From Pirellulales bacterium (GTDB lineage Bacteria; Planctomycetota; Planctomycetia; Pirellulales; UBA1268): a stretch of 54,962 nt of DNA. The translations under genes and the position numbers were made by a program. The first letter of the stretch is position 1. Every line of letters starts with the position of its first letter. Below the pieces are notes generated by a model. The model saw only the letters and a program-made list of their open reading frames with translations. It had not been told where the DNA came from and made no database searches. Where the stretch lies: contig JBDQOY010000146.1 in NCBI GenBank assembly GCA_040260935.1, positions 1 through 54,962 of the forward strand, given 5' to 3'. Below are positions 1 to 9,599 of this stretch, piece after piece.

Positions 1-216
1 CGCGGCCACCGTCGGGGTAGAGGGGAGCTGCGGCGGCAGGGTGCCGGTGCCGGCAAAGTTGGTCTGTTGCGTGCCGGCGATCCAGTTACGGGCGAACTGT
101 ACGCGTGTGTCCAGGTCGACATGACAGCGTGCCAGCACCCGTTCGCTGGGTGATGCCGGACCGACTCCGCTGGTCGGTGAAGGTGAGGGCACGCTGGAGA
201 CGGTGGCCGTTTGCAT
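1..216 (-). CDS. Possible 5' part of an unidentified CDS running off the left edge of the window
   Basis: The minus-strand frame is open from the ATG at 216 to position 1, so it has no stop in the window and is absent from the ORF track. It reads MQTATVSS...VDLDTRVQFARNWIAGTQQTNFAGTGTLPPQLPSTPTVAA. Third-codon positions are G/C-rich in the distal 40 codons. An AT-rich stretch lies just upstream at 265-290. There is no recognisable family, and the start and frame are uncertain. Confidence 0.25.
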   Translation of the reverse strand, partial: MQTATVSSVPSPSPTSGVGPASPSERVLARCHVDLDTRVQFARNWIAGTQQTNFAGTGTLPPQLPSTPTVAA

Positions 217-991
217 CGACGGCAATCGTAGCACCGGCTGAGGCCCAGCGGCATGGCAGGACAATCACCAAGATTTTTGAAAAAATTTACGCACCAGCCA
301 TCCAGCACTCGGAAAAACCTGCAGGCTGGTCTGGCGGCGGGAGGGCACCGCAGGGGGGCGGCTGCCGGGGCCTTGCGGTGCGGTGTGATGGGTGGCACAG
401 CCTCAAACCGAGCCTTTCACTCGGGATTCAACGCCCCCACCGATCAGCGGACGGCAGCAGCGGCAGCCCGGTCGGCGTGATGAAGGCGGGGTTTCTAATC
501 GGTTCGGCATGGCACCTGCATAGTGTCATACTGATTAAAGAGATGGGGGCCGAACACCCGCCTCGGGCAGAAGCTTGGCAGGCGGCCAGCTGACAGCGGC
601 CGCCCGGTCGTTGCCACCCGGCCGAGCCACAGGGCGATTCCGCTGTCCAGGCCGAACGAGTTCCGCGGAAAAAACCAGTAAAAACTTGGAAAAACATCGT
701 CATGGCGGTATCGTTAGCCTGCACGGCAGCTCCCAGAAGGGTGTGAGCAAAGGAGTCTCTCGCATCGATTGCACCATTCCCCCTCCCACCGTGACCATGC
801 CGTGCCGACTGTCCTGCCCCGGTCGAAGGCTCGGCCCCCTCGATGTTTCAGCTGCCGCTGGTTGTCTTCCCGGCTCCCGTCGTTGCCGCAGCCTAGAGGC
901 TGATCACCGCCTTTCCGATTGTGACCACGTGTGGTGTCGCTGAAGCCACGCATCTCCCTCCCGACGCCCGTCCCCCTTGGATTTCCTGCGT

Positions 992-3715
992 ATGAAAATT
1001 GAGATGATCAAAGTGCTGCGGGGACCAAATCAATGGGCCCGGTTTCCCGTGCTGGAGGTTCGCGTCGATCTGGGGTGGCTTGAGGATCATCCCTCCCACA
1101 CCCTGCCAGGCTTCAATGAGCGACTGATGGAGTGGCTGCCATCGATGATTGAACACCGGTGTTCAATCGGTGAACGGGGCGGTTTTTTTCACCGACTGCG
1201 GACTGGCACCTGGATGGGGCACGTGCTGGAGCATGTCACGCTGGAGTTGCAGACGCTGGCGGGGACCCCGGTTGGCTATGGCCGGGCCCGCGAGACAAAG
1301 ACCCGAGGGGTCTACCACGTCATCATCGAATACCGGGAAGAAGGCTTTGCCATCGCCTGTCTGCATGCGGCCCATGCCCTGGTGACGGCGGCGATTGAGG
1401 GCCAGCCGTTTGCCGTTGAACCGACTGTGGAAACCCTGCGGGAGCAGTTGCTCACGGAGCAGCTTGGTCCGAGCACCCGGTCGATCGTCGCTGCCGCCCG
1501 CCGGCGGGATATCCCGGTGCGGCGGCTCAACGAAGGCTCGTTGGTGCGGCTCGGGATCGGGGAGAAGCAGCGGAGAATTCTGGCGGCAGAAACCGATCAA
1601 ACTTCGGCGATCGCCGAGTCGATTGCCCAGGACAAGGAACTGACCCGCCGCCTCCTGGCCGAGGCAGGAATTCCCGTGGCTGAGGGCCAGCCCGTGCAGT
1701 CCGCGGATGAAGCCTGGCAGGTGGCTGTTGAGCAGGGCCTGCCGGTGGTGGTCAAGCCACGGCATGGCAATCAGGGCAAGGGGGTCTCGGTCGCGTTGAC
1801 GACCGAGGCGGACGTCCGGCGAGCCTACGACGTGGCGGCTGCCGGAGGACGCGATGTGATCCTGGAGCAGTGTCTGGTGGGCGACGACTATCGCCTGTTG
1901 GTTGTCGGCGGTGCCTTGGTGGCCGCCGCCCGCCGCTGCCCACCGGCAGTGACCGGTGACGGTCGTGCCACCGTTTGCGAACTCGTTGCCCAGACGAATG
2001 CCGACCCCCGCCGCTGTGCCAACCACAACGGCACGCTTTCGCTGATTCCCCTGGATGACATTGCCACTGCGTTGCTGGCAGAGCAGGGGCTGACTACGGA
2101 GTCGGTCCCAGCGGCCGGCCAGCGGGTGGCGTTGCGGCGGAATGCCAACCTCAGCACGGGCGGCACTGCCGAGGATGTCACGGATCTGGTGCATCCAGAA
2201 CTGGCCCGGCTTGCCGTCGAGGCGGTTCGCGTCGTCGGGCTCGATGTCGCTGGAGTCGACCTGATGGCCAGCCGGATCGATCAGCCGCTGGCTGGGCAGC
2301 GGGGTGGCGTGGTGGAAGTGAATGCCTGTCCCGGCCTGCGGATGCATCTGGAGCCCACAATGGGCACTCCCCGGGATGTCGGCGGCGCCATTGTCGATAC
2401 CCTCTTCCCTGCAGGAGATGACGGTCGGGTGCCAGTCGCTGCGGTGACCGGCACCAACGGCAAGACCACGGTGACCCGGTTGTTGGCCCATCTGGCGGCG
2501 ACCAGTGGAGCGACCGTCGGAATGGCCTGCACCGAGGGCGTCTGGGTGGGGGATCGCCAGATTGACACCGGTGATTGCAGTGGCCCGCGAAGTGCGCAGC
2601 GGATTCTGGCTCATCCCGAGGTGACGACAGCGGTGCTGGAAACAGCCCGAGGCGGCATCCTCCGAGAGGGCTGTGGCTTTGATGCCTGTGATGTGGCCGT
2701 CGTGACCAACATTGCCTCCGGTGACCATCTCGGTCTGCAGGAGATCGACACGCCAGAACAGCTCGCCTGGGTGAAGGGGGCGATCGTGGCGGGCGTTCGC
2801 TCCAGTGGCACGGCTGTGCTCAATGCTGCCGATCCCCTAGTGGTCGACATGAAGAAATGGTGCCGGGGCCGCGTTGTCTACTTCGCCCTCGATCCTGAGC
2901 ACCCGGTCCTGAACGTCCATCTTGCCGCGGGTGGGCTCGCGGCCACGATTCGGGATGGGTGGATGGTGCTCTGCGATGGGCCGCGGGAGACCCGGCTGGC
3001 CAGTCTGGACCGGGTGCCTCTGGTGCACCGGGGGCTGGTGGCGTTTCAGGTTGAAAATGCCCTCGCGGCTGCAGCGGCGGCCTGGAGTCTGGGTGTGCCC
3101 TTGGAGTTGGTCCGGCTGGGGCTTGAAGATTTCTCAAGCGGTTCGCTGGGGAGCCCCGGGCGATTCAATCTGCTCGATCTTGCCGGCGGCACCATTGTCG
3201 TCGACTACGGCCACAACGTTCCCTCGCTCGAACAGATCTGCCGGACGCTCGAGACGCTGCCACATCCCCGGCGGACGGCGGTCTATTCCGCCGCCGGTGA
3301 TCGCCGCGACGAAGACCTGCTGCAACAGGGCGAACTCCTCGGGCGAACCTTCGATCGGGTGGTGATCTATGAGGATGCCTATCGCCGTGGCCGGAGCCCC
3401 GGTGAGATTACCGAGTTGATTGCCGCGGGCGTCGCGCAGTCGCAGACGAGTGGCCGCCGGACGGTGGTCGAGGTGGGCGGCAACTGGGAGACGGCTGCTG
3501 CGACCGTGCTCGATGCCCTGCAGACGGGAGATCTTGTGCTCTTACAGCCTGACACGATTGAACAGACGATGCCGTGGCTGAAGGAACGCTACGGCGATCG
3601 GCTCCGTGGGATTGGGTTTGATCAGATCGCCGGCGTCAAGCCGCCCGCCGTGCTGCCGGAGCCCACTGAGCAGCCTGACAAAGTCCCCACGCCGGCATCC
3701 CGGCGGACCAGGTAG
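992..3715 (+). CDS. cphA: Cyanophycin synthetase (CphA1-type: N-domain + ATP-grasp + Mur-ligase-like domain)
   Basis: The N-terminus MKIEMIKVLRGPNQWARFPVLEV...HRCSIGERGGFFHRLRTGTWMGHVLEHVTLELQ is typical of CphA. An ATP-grasp core (VVVKPRHGNQGKGV) is followed by the Mur-ligase P-loop AVTGTNGKTT. The tracked ORF starts at a TTG at 977; the ATG at 992 gives the canonical N-terminus. Confidence 0.93.
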   Translation: MKIEMIKVLRGPNQWARFPVLEVRVDLGWLEDHPSHTLPGFNERLMEWLPSMIEHRCSIGERGGFFHRLRTGTWMGHVLEHVTLELQTLAGTPVGYGRARETKTRGVYHVIIEYREEGFAIACLHAAHALVTAAIEGQPFAVEPTVETLREQLLTEQLGPSTRSIVAAARRRDIPVRRLNEGSLVRLGIGEKQRRILAAETDQTSAIAESIAQDKELTRRLLAEAGIPVAEGQPVQSADEAWQVAVEQGLPVVVKPRHGNQGKGVSVALTTEADVRRAYDVAAAGGRDVILEQCLVGDDYRLLVVGGALVAAARRCPPAVTGDGRATVCELVAQTNADPRRCANHNGTLSLIPLDDIATALLAEQGLTTESVPAAGQRVALRRNANLSTGGTAEDVTDLVHPELARLAVEAVRVVGLDVAGVDLMASRIDQPLAGQRGGVVEVNACPGLRMHLEPTMGTPRDVGGAIVDTLFPAGDDGRVPVAAVTGTNGKTTVTRLLAHLAATSGATVGMACTEGVWVGDRQIDTGDCSGPRSAQRILAHPEVTTAVLETARGGILREGCGFDACDVAVVTNIASGDHLGLQEIDTPEQLAWVKGAIVAGVRSSGTAVLNAADPLVVDMKKWCRGRVVYFALDPEHPVLNVHLAAGGLAATIRDGWMVLCDGPRETRLASLDRVPLVHRGLVAFQVENALAAAAAAWSLGVPLELVRLGLEDFSSGSLGSPGRFNLLDLAGGTIVVDYGHNVPSLEQICRTLETLPHPRRTAVYSAAGDRRDEDLLQQGELLGRTFDRVVIYEDAYRRGRSPGEITELIAAGVAQSQTSGRRTVVEVGGNWETAAATVLDALQTGDLVLLQPDTIEQTMPWLKERYGDRLRGIGFDQIAGVKPPAVLPEPTEQPDKVPTPASRRTR

Positions 3716-3723
3716 CAGTTCGC

Positions 3724-3743
3724 CTGCCGAGGGACGTCGGCAG
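3724..3743. terminator. Short hairpin between the convergent cphA and mlaD-like genes
   Basis: The sequence is ctgccga-gggacg-tcggcag, a 7-bp perfect stem with a 6-nt loop. It sits in the 32-nt gap between two convergent stop codons. There is no U-tract. Confidence 0.3.
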
Positions 3744-3747
3744 TGGA

Positions 3748-4815
3748 TTACTTCAGCCCGGGCCGGCGATCGAGTGCGCCACGCACACCGAGCTGTTCGG
3801 GGTGACGGGCGATCTTATCGGTGAATACCCGCACGTCATCGATGATCGGCCGCAGCGTCTGGGTCAGTCGGTTGACGTTGTTCGCCGCCTGGGCCAGATC
3901 GTTGTAGACCTGCGGGTCACGGACGAGTTTGCCAAGGGTTCCCTGCGACTCGTTGAGGGCCTGGGTGAAGGTGGCGGCCTGCAGGAGCACGTCGTCAAGC
4001 CGATTGATTGCCTTGTCGATGCCCTTGACCATCGACTCGCCCCGCTCGCCAAGCGGCTTCGAGAGCCCTTCGAGATTGCGGAGGTTGCGATCGGCGGTTT
4101 CGATTGTCGAACTGATGCCGCCGACTGATTTTTCCAGATTGGTTAGCACTTCGGGCAGGGCGTTGATCGACTCTTTCAGACGTTGGCGGGCTTCAGCATC
4201 GCCGACGATATCGTTGACGTTGTTCATTGTCAGCGTGAAGGTTTCTAGAGCGGTGTCGAGCTTCTTGACGGTCTGGTCAAGGTGCACGTCATCCTTGACG
4301 AAGGTCTTTTCGAGGTTCCCTGAAAGGGCGGCTACGGCGTCACTGGCCCGAGTGAGCGACTCCAGTGAGGCCGTCACCTTAGGCTCAAGCGTGGTGAACA
4401 TTGCCAAGGGATCCCGGGCGACCGCCCCGCGGAGGACCTCTTCACTGGTGACCCGCTGCCGGGGCGGAACGATGCGTCCGGCAACCAACTCAATTTCCGC
4501 ATCGCCGAGAATGGTGCTGGCCACCTGTGGCAACTCGTCCCGATAGACTGGCACGTAGGTATCGATGTCGGCCACCACGCTGACGCCCCCGCGCTCGTCG
4601 AGCATCACTGAACTGACCCGGCCGACCAGAATGCCGTTTTTGCGAACCGGAGTGCCGCTGGAAACGCCCCGGGCATCCGAAAAGTTCATGCGCAGCTGAT
4701 AAGTCGACTGAACGAGACTGGGTAGATCGCCAAACAGCACGATCAGAATGCCGGCGATGATCGCCGTGGCCAGGACCATGACACCGACACGGAACTGGAT
4801 GACGCGGTCGTTCAC
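3748..4815 (-). CDS. mlaD: MCE/MlaD-family substrate-binding protein of an Mla-like ABC transporter
   Basis: An N-terminal TM anchor (VGVMVLATAIIAGILIVLF) is followed by an MCE domain (YQLRMNFSDARGVSSGTPVRKNGILVGRVSSV) and a long helical C-terminal region. There is a 4-nt overlap with the upstream ATPase gene. Confidence 0.8.
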   Translation of the reverse strand: MNDRVIQFRVGVMVLATAIIAGILIVLFGDLPSLVQSTYQLRMNFSDARGVSSGTPVRKNGILVGRVSSVMLDERGGVSVVADIDTYVPVYRDELPQVASTILGDAEIELVAGRIVPPRQRVTSEEVLRGAVARDPLAMFTTLEPKVTASLESLTRASDAVAALSGNLEKTFVKDDVHLDQTVKKLDTALETFTLTMNNVNDIVGDAEARQRLKESINALPEVLTNLEKSVGGISSTIETADRNLRNLEGLSKPLGERGESMVKGIDKAINRLDDVLLQAATFTQALNESQGTLGKLVRDPQVYNDLAQAANNVNRLTQTLRPIIDDVRVFTDKIARHPEQLGVRGALDRRPGLK

Positions 4816-5729
4816 GAGAGATCCTCCTGCTGCCCCGGAGGGGCTGTTTCGGGGTCGCGGGGGGCAGCGGTTTGCCAGACGGTGGCGCGGGCCTGCTCTT
4901 CCCGGAGTTCATCGAGCCGCTGGCCGGCGCGGCCCTCGACAAACTGCCGCACCCGCGGATCGGTGGAGTGGTCGAGTTCGGCTGGTGTGCCGCTGAAGAT
5001 GATCTGTGACTCATCCGGCTCCAGTCGCGGCAGCGGGTAGAGCATGACAATCCGATCGGCCACCTTGTGGGCCGTCCGCATGTCGTGGGTGACCACCACG
5101 CTGGTGGTCCGAGGCCGCTGGCGGACCCGCAGGATGAGTTCGTTGATCACATCACTCATGATCGGGTCGAGTCCGGTGGTCGGTTCGTCATAGAGCACCA
5201 ACTGGGGGTCGAGCGCCAAGGCTCGGGCGAGGCCGGCCCGCTTTCGCATGCCCCCGGAGAGTTGGACCGGTTTCTTTTGCAGGACCGTCTGGGGAAGCCC
5301 CACCTCAGCGACGAGTTCACTGACGATCTCATCGATTTCGTGTGCTGCCAGCCGGGTGTGCTCCCGCAGTGGAAAGGCGATGTTCTCTGCGATGGTGGCG
5401 CTGTCGAAGAGGGCGGCGCCTTGGAAGACAAATCCATAGCGGGTGCGGAGGTGGGCGAGCTGGCGTTCAGTCATGCCGCTAAGCGACTGGCCTTCAAACA
5501 GCACCGCCCCCGTCGTGGGCTGGACTAGGCCGATCATGGTCTTCAGCAGGACGGTCTTGCCACAGCCACTTTCACCGAGCACCGCAAGGGTCTCGCCAGC
5601 GGCGAGGTCGAGCGAGATATCCCGGAGGACCGGCTGGCTTCCGAAGGTGACTGACAACGCAGCGACCGACAGCAACGGCTGATCGGCCGGCGTGGCAGTG
5701 GTCTCAGGGGCAGTGGCGGTGGCAGTCAT
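4812..5729 (-). CDS. mlaF: ABC transporter ATP-binding protein (MlaF-like)
   Basis: It has Walker A GESGCGKT, the ABC signature LSGGMRKRAGLARAL and Walker B LVLYDEPTTGLD. It lies between the MlaE-like permease and the MCE protein. Confidence 0.88.
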   Translation of the reverse strand: MTATATAPETTATPADQPLLSVAALSVTFGSQPVLRDISLDLAAGETLAVLGESGCGKTVLLKTMIGLVQPTTGAVLFEGQSLSGMTERQLAHLRTRYGFVFQGAALFDSATIAENIAFPLREHTRLAAHEIDEIVSELVAEVGLPQTVLQKKPVQLSGGMRKRAGLARALALDPQLVLYDEPTTGLDPIMSDVINELILRVRQRPRTTSVVVTHDMRTAHKVADRIVMLYPLPRLEPDESQIIFSGTPAELDHSTDPRVRQFVEGRAGQRLDELREEQARATVWQTAAPRDPETAPPGQQEDLS

Positions 5730-5733
5730 GACG

Positions 5734-6600
5734 TCAGAGCAGTTTGCGTGGGCCTTCGGGTCGGAAGATGTCTTGGACGCTGTTGAGGCCGATGCCGAGA
5801 AACAGGTCGAGAATCAAAATCAGCACGAAGGAGTGAACGAAGGCGTTGGTGGCCGCCCGGCCAACCCCCTGCGCTCCGTGATCACAGTGAAAGCCATGGT
5901 GGCAGCTGACCAGGGCGATTGCTCCACCGAAAAAGAAGCTCTTGAAGAGGCCCATGAGGAAATCAAAGGCATCGACATATTCCCGCGAGTTGGCCCAATA
6001 GTGGTGGTAGTCGATGCCGAGCACCGCGTGAGAGTAGATGTAGCCCCCGAGCACTCCCATGAAGTCGGCCATGATCGTCAGGGTGGGAATCAGCACGAGG
6101 CAGCCGAGGAAGCGGGGAACCACCAGATAGTAGATGGGGTTGGCCCCCATGCTCTCCAGGGCGTCGATCTGTTCGGTGACCCGCATCGTGCCCAGTTCAG
6201 CCGCCATGGCACTCCCGACCCGACCGGCGAGCATCGTGGCAGCCAGAACGGGGCCGAGTTCTCTCACGAGGGAGAGATTGATCACTGACCCCAGCCGGGT
6301 CTGCAGGCCGAGTGCCTTGAACTGGGCGTAACTCTGGACCGCCAGCACCATGCCGATGAACAGGCCGGTCAAAGCGACCACCGGCAGTGAGAGCACCCCA
6401 ATCTGATAGAAGTTGGGCAGGAGTACCTCCCGCCGCTGCCGGCGGCTGAAGAGCCAGCCGACCGTCCGCAGAGCGAACAGCGTCACATCCCCGATGCCGG
6501 CCACCATGGTGATGGCCATGTCACCCACGTCGGCGACCCGATTGGCAAACCAACCGGTGACCCCGTGCCTGGGCGTGGCAGATGTGGTGGATGAGTCCAT
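5734..6600 (-). CDS. mlaE: ABC transporter permease (MlaE family)
   Basis: It is a multi-TM protein with MlaE-like blocks ([41 protein letters not shown]). It is the first gene of the three-gene cluster. Confidence 0.85.
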   Translation of the reverse strand: MDSSTTSATPRHGVTGWFANRVADVGDMAITMVAGIGDVTLFALRTVGWLFSRRQRREVLLPNFYQIGVLSLPVVALTGLFIGMVLAVQSYAQFKALGLQTRLGSVINLSLVRELGPVLAATMLAGRVGSAMAAELGTMRVTEQIDALESMGANPIYYLVVPRFLGCLVLIPTLTIMADFMGVLGGYIYSHAVLGIDYHHYWANSREYVDAFDFLMGLFKSFFFGGAIALVSCHHGFHCDHGAQGVGRAATNAFVHSFVLILILDLFLGIGLNSVQDIFRPEGPRKLL

Positions 6601-6732
6601 GACGCAGCATCACCGCAGTCGCGGCGCTCCTTACCGATTAAATCGGCTGGAACGATCCGGTGGCTTGAGTCCATTGAGGGAAGCCTGCGGGGGCTGGAGG
6701 GCTTCGGGAAGGGGTCCAGGCTGCCAGAAAGG

Positions 6733-6772
6733 AGCCGAGGGGCGGGAAGACAACGCTTCCCGCCCCTCGGCT
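6733..6772 (-). terminator. Strong GC-rich hairpin downstream of clpC
   Basis: The sequence is agccgaggggcgggaag-acaacg-cttcccgcccctcggct, a 17-bp perfect stem with a 6-nt loop. It lies about 50 nt after the clpC stop. Only a weak U-tract follows on the minus strand. Confidence 0.6.
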
Positions 6773-6822
6773 GACTGGTTCATCGTGGTGAGGCTGGCTT
6801 TGAGAGGCCGGCCCTTCCGCTG

Positions 6823-9363
6823 TTACTCGGCCGCCTCGTCGGCTGGGCCGGCTGCGACCGGCTCGGCAGTGACAAGGCCGGTGAAGTGCAGTTGCTTCTT
6901 GCCGGCAACCTCTTTGCAGTCAACCTGAATTGTGTCTTTGCCCTCAAACTCGCCCTTGAGGAGCTCTTCGGAGACCGGGTCTTCGATGTAGTTTTCCAAT
7001 GCCCGCCGCAGCGGTCGGGCACCGAAATCAGTGTCGGACCCCTTCTTGATCAGGAACTTCTTGGCCTCATCGGTCAGTTCAAGCTTGAGGCCACGCGCCA
7101 GCAGCCGTTCGCGAACCTTTTCCAGTTCGATGTCGATGACCTGCTTGAGGTTTTCGATGGTGAGGTGGTGGAAGACAATCAGGTCATCAAGTCGGTTGAT
7201 GAACTCTGGTCGGAACACCTTTTCGATCCGCTCGGTGACCCGGGCCTTCATGCTTTCGTAGCCGCTGTCGTCCTCCGGCTTCTGAAAGCCGAAAGCCGAC
7301 TCATTCTTGATCGCCTCGGCCCCGGCGTTGGTCGTCATGATCAGGATGGTGTTGCGGAAGTCGACATTGCGACCAAACGAGTCAGTCAGACGGCCTTCCT
7401 CCATCACCTGCAGCAGCATGTTGAAGACGTCGGGATGTGCCTTTTCAATCTCATCGAGCAGCACAACGGCATAGGGGCGGCGGCGGATCTTTTCCGTCAA
7501 CTGCCCGCCCTCTTCAAAGCCGACATAGCCCGGAGGGGCGCCGACCAGCCGGCTGACGTTGTGCTTCTCCATGTATTCGCTCATGTCGATGGAGATCAGC
7601 GCGTCGTCATCACCGAACATGAACTCAGCCAACGCCTTCGCGAGCAGCGTTTTGCCGACACCGGTTGGACCAGCGAAGACAAAGCAGCCAATCGGTCGCT
7701 TGGGGTCTTTCAGCCCCGAGCGACTGCGGCGAACGGCCTTAGAGATGCTCCTGATGGCAGCGTCCTGTCCGATCACCCGCTTGTGGAGTGAGTCTTCCAT
7801 CTGCATCAGCCGCGCACTGTCTTCGGTCGACATGCGGGTCAGCGGAATGCCGGTCATCTTTGAGACCACCTCAGCCACCACCTCTTCGTCGACGACGCCG
7901 TCGGCTTCACGGGACTTGTCCCGCCATTCCTTGGTCATCTGCTGCTTTTTCTTTTTCAGCTTGTCGGCCTGGTCGCGGAGGGCAGCCGCCTTTTCAAAGT
8001 CTTGGTTGGCAACCGCTTCTTCCTTCTCTTTGTTGAGCCGGTCGACCTCGTCGTCGATTTCCTTGAGATCTGGTGGCCGCGTCATCGCCTTGAGACGCAC
8101 GCGAGCTCCCGCTTCGTCGATCACGTCGATCGCCTTGTCGGGCAGGGCCCTGCCAGTGATGTAGCGGCTAGAGAGTTCCACGGAAGCTTCCAAGGCATCG
8201 TCGGTGATAGAGACCCGGTGGTGGCTCTCGTAGCGGTCACGCAGCCCCTTGAGGATTTCAATCGCCTCACTCTTGGATGCCGGTTCGATCATCACCAATT
8301 GAAAGCGGCGGTCGAGGGCGGAGTCTTTCTCGATGTACTTGCGGTACTCGTCGAGTGTGGTCGCCCCGATGCACTGGATTTCACCCCGGGAGAGTGCCGG
8401 CTTGAGCACGTTGGAGGCGTCAATGGCGCCTTCGGCCCCACCCGCTCCGACGAGAGTGTGGAGTTCGTCGATAAATAAGATTGTGTTCTTGGCGCGACGG
8501 ACCTCGTTCATCACTGCCTTGATCCGTTCTTCAAACTGGCCGCGGTACTTGGTGCCGGCCACCATCATCGCCAGGTCGAGGACGACAATCCGGCGGTCTG
8601 CCAGCAGTTCCGGCACATTGCCTTCGATGACCCGCTGGGCAAACCCTTCGACGATGGCGGTCTTGCCGACGCCCGCCTCACCAATCAGCACGGGATTGTT
8701 CTTGGTCCGACGGCAGAGAATCTGGATGGCTCGCTCGATCTCATTATCGCGGCCGATCACGGGGTCGAGTTTGCCCTGCTTGGCCAGTTCGGTGAGATCT
8801 CGACCGAAGGAATCGAGTGCTGGTGTCTTGCTCTTGCCGCTCTTGGTCGGGGCGTCTCCGCCACCACCGCCGGCGCCAGCCATCTGCCGGCCTCCCATGC
8901 CCGAACGCTCACTGCCCTCGTCCATGCCATGGCCGAGCAGATTGAGCACTTCTTCGCGGACATCTTCGAGTTTGAGGCCGAGGTTCATCAGCACCTGGGC
9001 GGCGACACCCTCTTGCTCGCGGAGCAGGCCAAGAAGAATGTGCTCGGTGCCGACATAGTTGTGATTGAGGTTACGAGCCTCCTCCATCGAATATTCGATC
9101 ACTTTCTTCGCTCGCGGCGTCTGGGGCAGTTTGCCCATCGTCACCATGTCGGGGCCGCTTTGGACGAGTTTTTCGACCTCGAGGCGGATCTTCCGGAGGT
9201 CAACGTCCAGGTTCTTGAGGACGTTGGCTGCGACACCACTGCCTTCTTTGATCAGGCCGAGAAGCACATGCTCGGTGCCGATGTACTCGTGGTTGAACCG
9301 CTGGGCCTCTTGGTTGGCCAGTTGCATCACCTTGCGGGCACGGTCTGTGAAACGCTCGTACAT
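6823..9363 (-). CDS. clpC: ATP-dependent Clp protease ATP-binding subunit ClpC (class I AAA+)
   Basis: It has N-terminal Clp repeats (MYERFTDRARKVMQLANQEAQRFNHEYIGTEHVLLGL) and two AAA+ modules (GEAGVGKTAIVEG and GPTGVGKTLLAKALA). A UVR-like linker lies between the modules. Confidence 0.95.
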   Translation of the reverse strand: MYERFTDRARKVMQLANQEAQRFNHEYIGTEHVLLGLIKEGSGVAANVLKNLDVDLRKIRLEVEKLVQSGPDMVTMGKLPQTPRAKKVIEYSMEEARNLNHNYVGTEHILLGLLREQEGVAAQVLMNLGLKLEDVREEVLNLLGHGMDEGSERSGMGGRQMAGAGGGGGDAPTKSGKSKTPALDSFGRDLTELAKQGKLDPVIGRDNEIERAIQILCRRTKNNPVLIGEAGVGKTAIVEGFAQRVIEGNVPELLADRRIVVLDLAMMVAGTKYRGQFEERIKAVMNEVRRAKNTILFIDELHTLVGAGGAEGAIDASNVLKPALSRGEIQCIGATTLDEYRKYIEKDSALDRRFQLVMIEPASKSEAIEILKGLRDRYESHHRVSITDDALEASVELSSRYITGRALPDKAIDVIDEAGARVRLKAMTRPPDLKEIDDEVDRLNKEKEEAVANQDFEKAAALRDQADKLKKKKQQMTKEWRDKSREADGVVDEEVVAEVVSKMTGIPLTRMSTEDSARLMQMEDSLHKRVIGQDAAIRSISKAVRRSRSGLKDPKRPIGCFVFAGPTGVGKTLLAKALAEFMFGDDDALISIDMSEYMEKHNVSRLVGAPPGYVGFEEGGQLTEKIRRRPYAVVLLDEIEKAHPDVFNMLLQVMEEGRLTDSFGRNVDFRNTILIMTTNAGAEAIKNESAFGFQKPEDDSGYESMKARVTERIEKVFRPEFINRLDDLIVFHHLTIENLKQVIDIELEKVRERLLARGLKLELTDEAKKFLIKKGSDTDFGARPLRRALENYIEDPVSEELLKGEFEGKDTIQVDCKEVAGKKQLHFTGLVTAEPVAAGPADEAAE

Positions 9364-9599
9364 GAAAAAACCTCTTGTGAATGCCTACCCGCCGCGAATC
9401 TGCACCTGCCATTCCGGCAGCCGCAGGGAATGATTCCCGACGCAACTCTTCAGGTGCAAACTGTACGCCAACCTGAACGGAAAATTCCATGGGGCCGGGG
9501 CCACGAAGATCCATCCCGGGCGCCCTCTATTGTAGAGGGGGGCTGCCGGGCTGTCTGCCGCAGGCCGCCCGCAGCGGAAAAGGCGAGCAAGTGGGCCTA

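Noticed and set aside
400-460. tRNA/tmRNA-like 3' end (cgggattcaacgcccccacc)
   Set aside because: There is no proper T-arm (GGTTCGAATCC-type) and no matching acceptor 5' strand. No cloverleaf or tmRNA pseudoknot context could be built.
105-953. Five overlapping 75-162-aa ORFs in the region upstream of cphA
   Set aside because: They overlap each other in different frames, are Arg/Gly/Cys/Pro-rich, lack ribosome-binding sites and resemble nothing I recognise. The region is treated as non-coding; see the finding on 217-991.
1163-2728. A 521-aa ORF antisense to cphA
   Set aside because: It lies entirely inside the strongly supported cphA gene on the opposite strand. Its composition is R/G/P/H-rich with no family resemblance. 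It is a typical high-GC shadow ORF.
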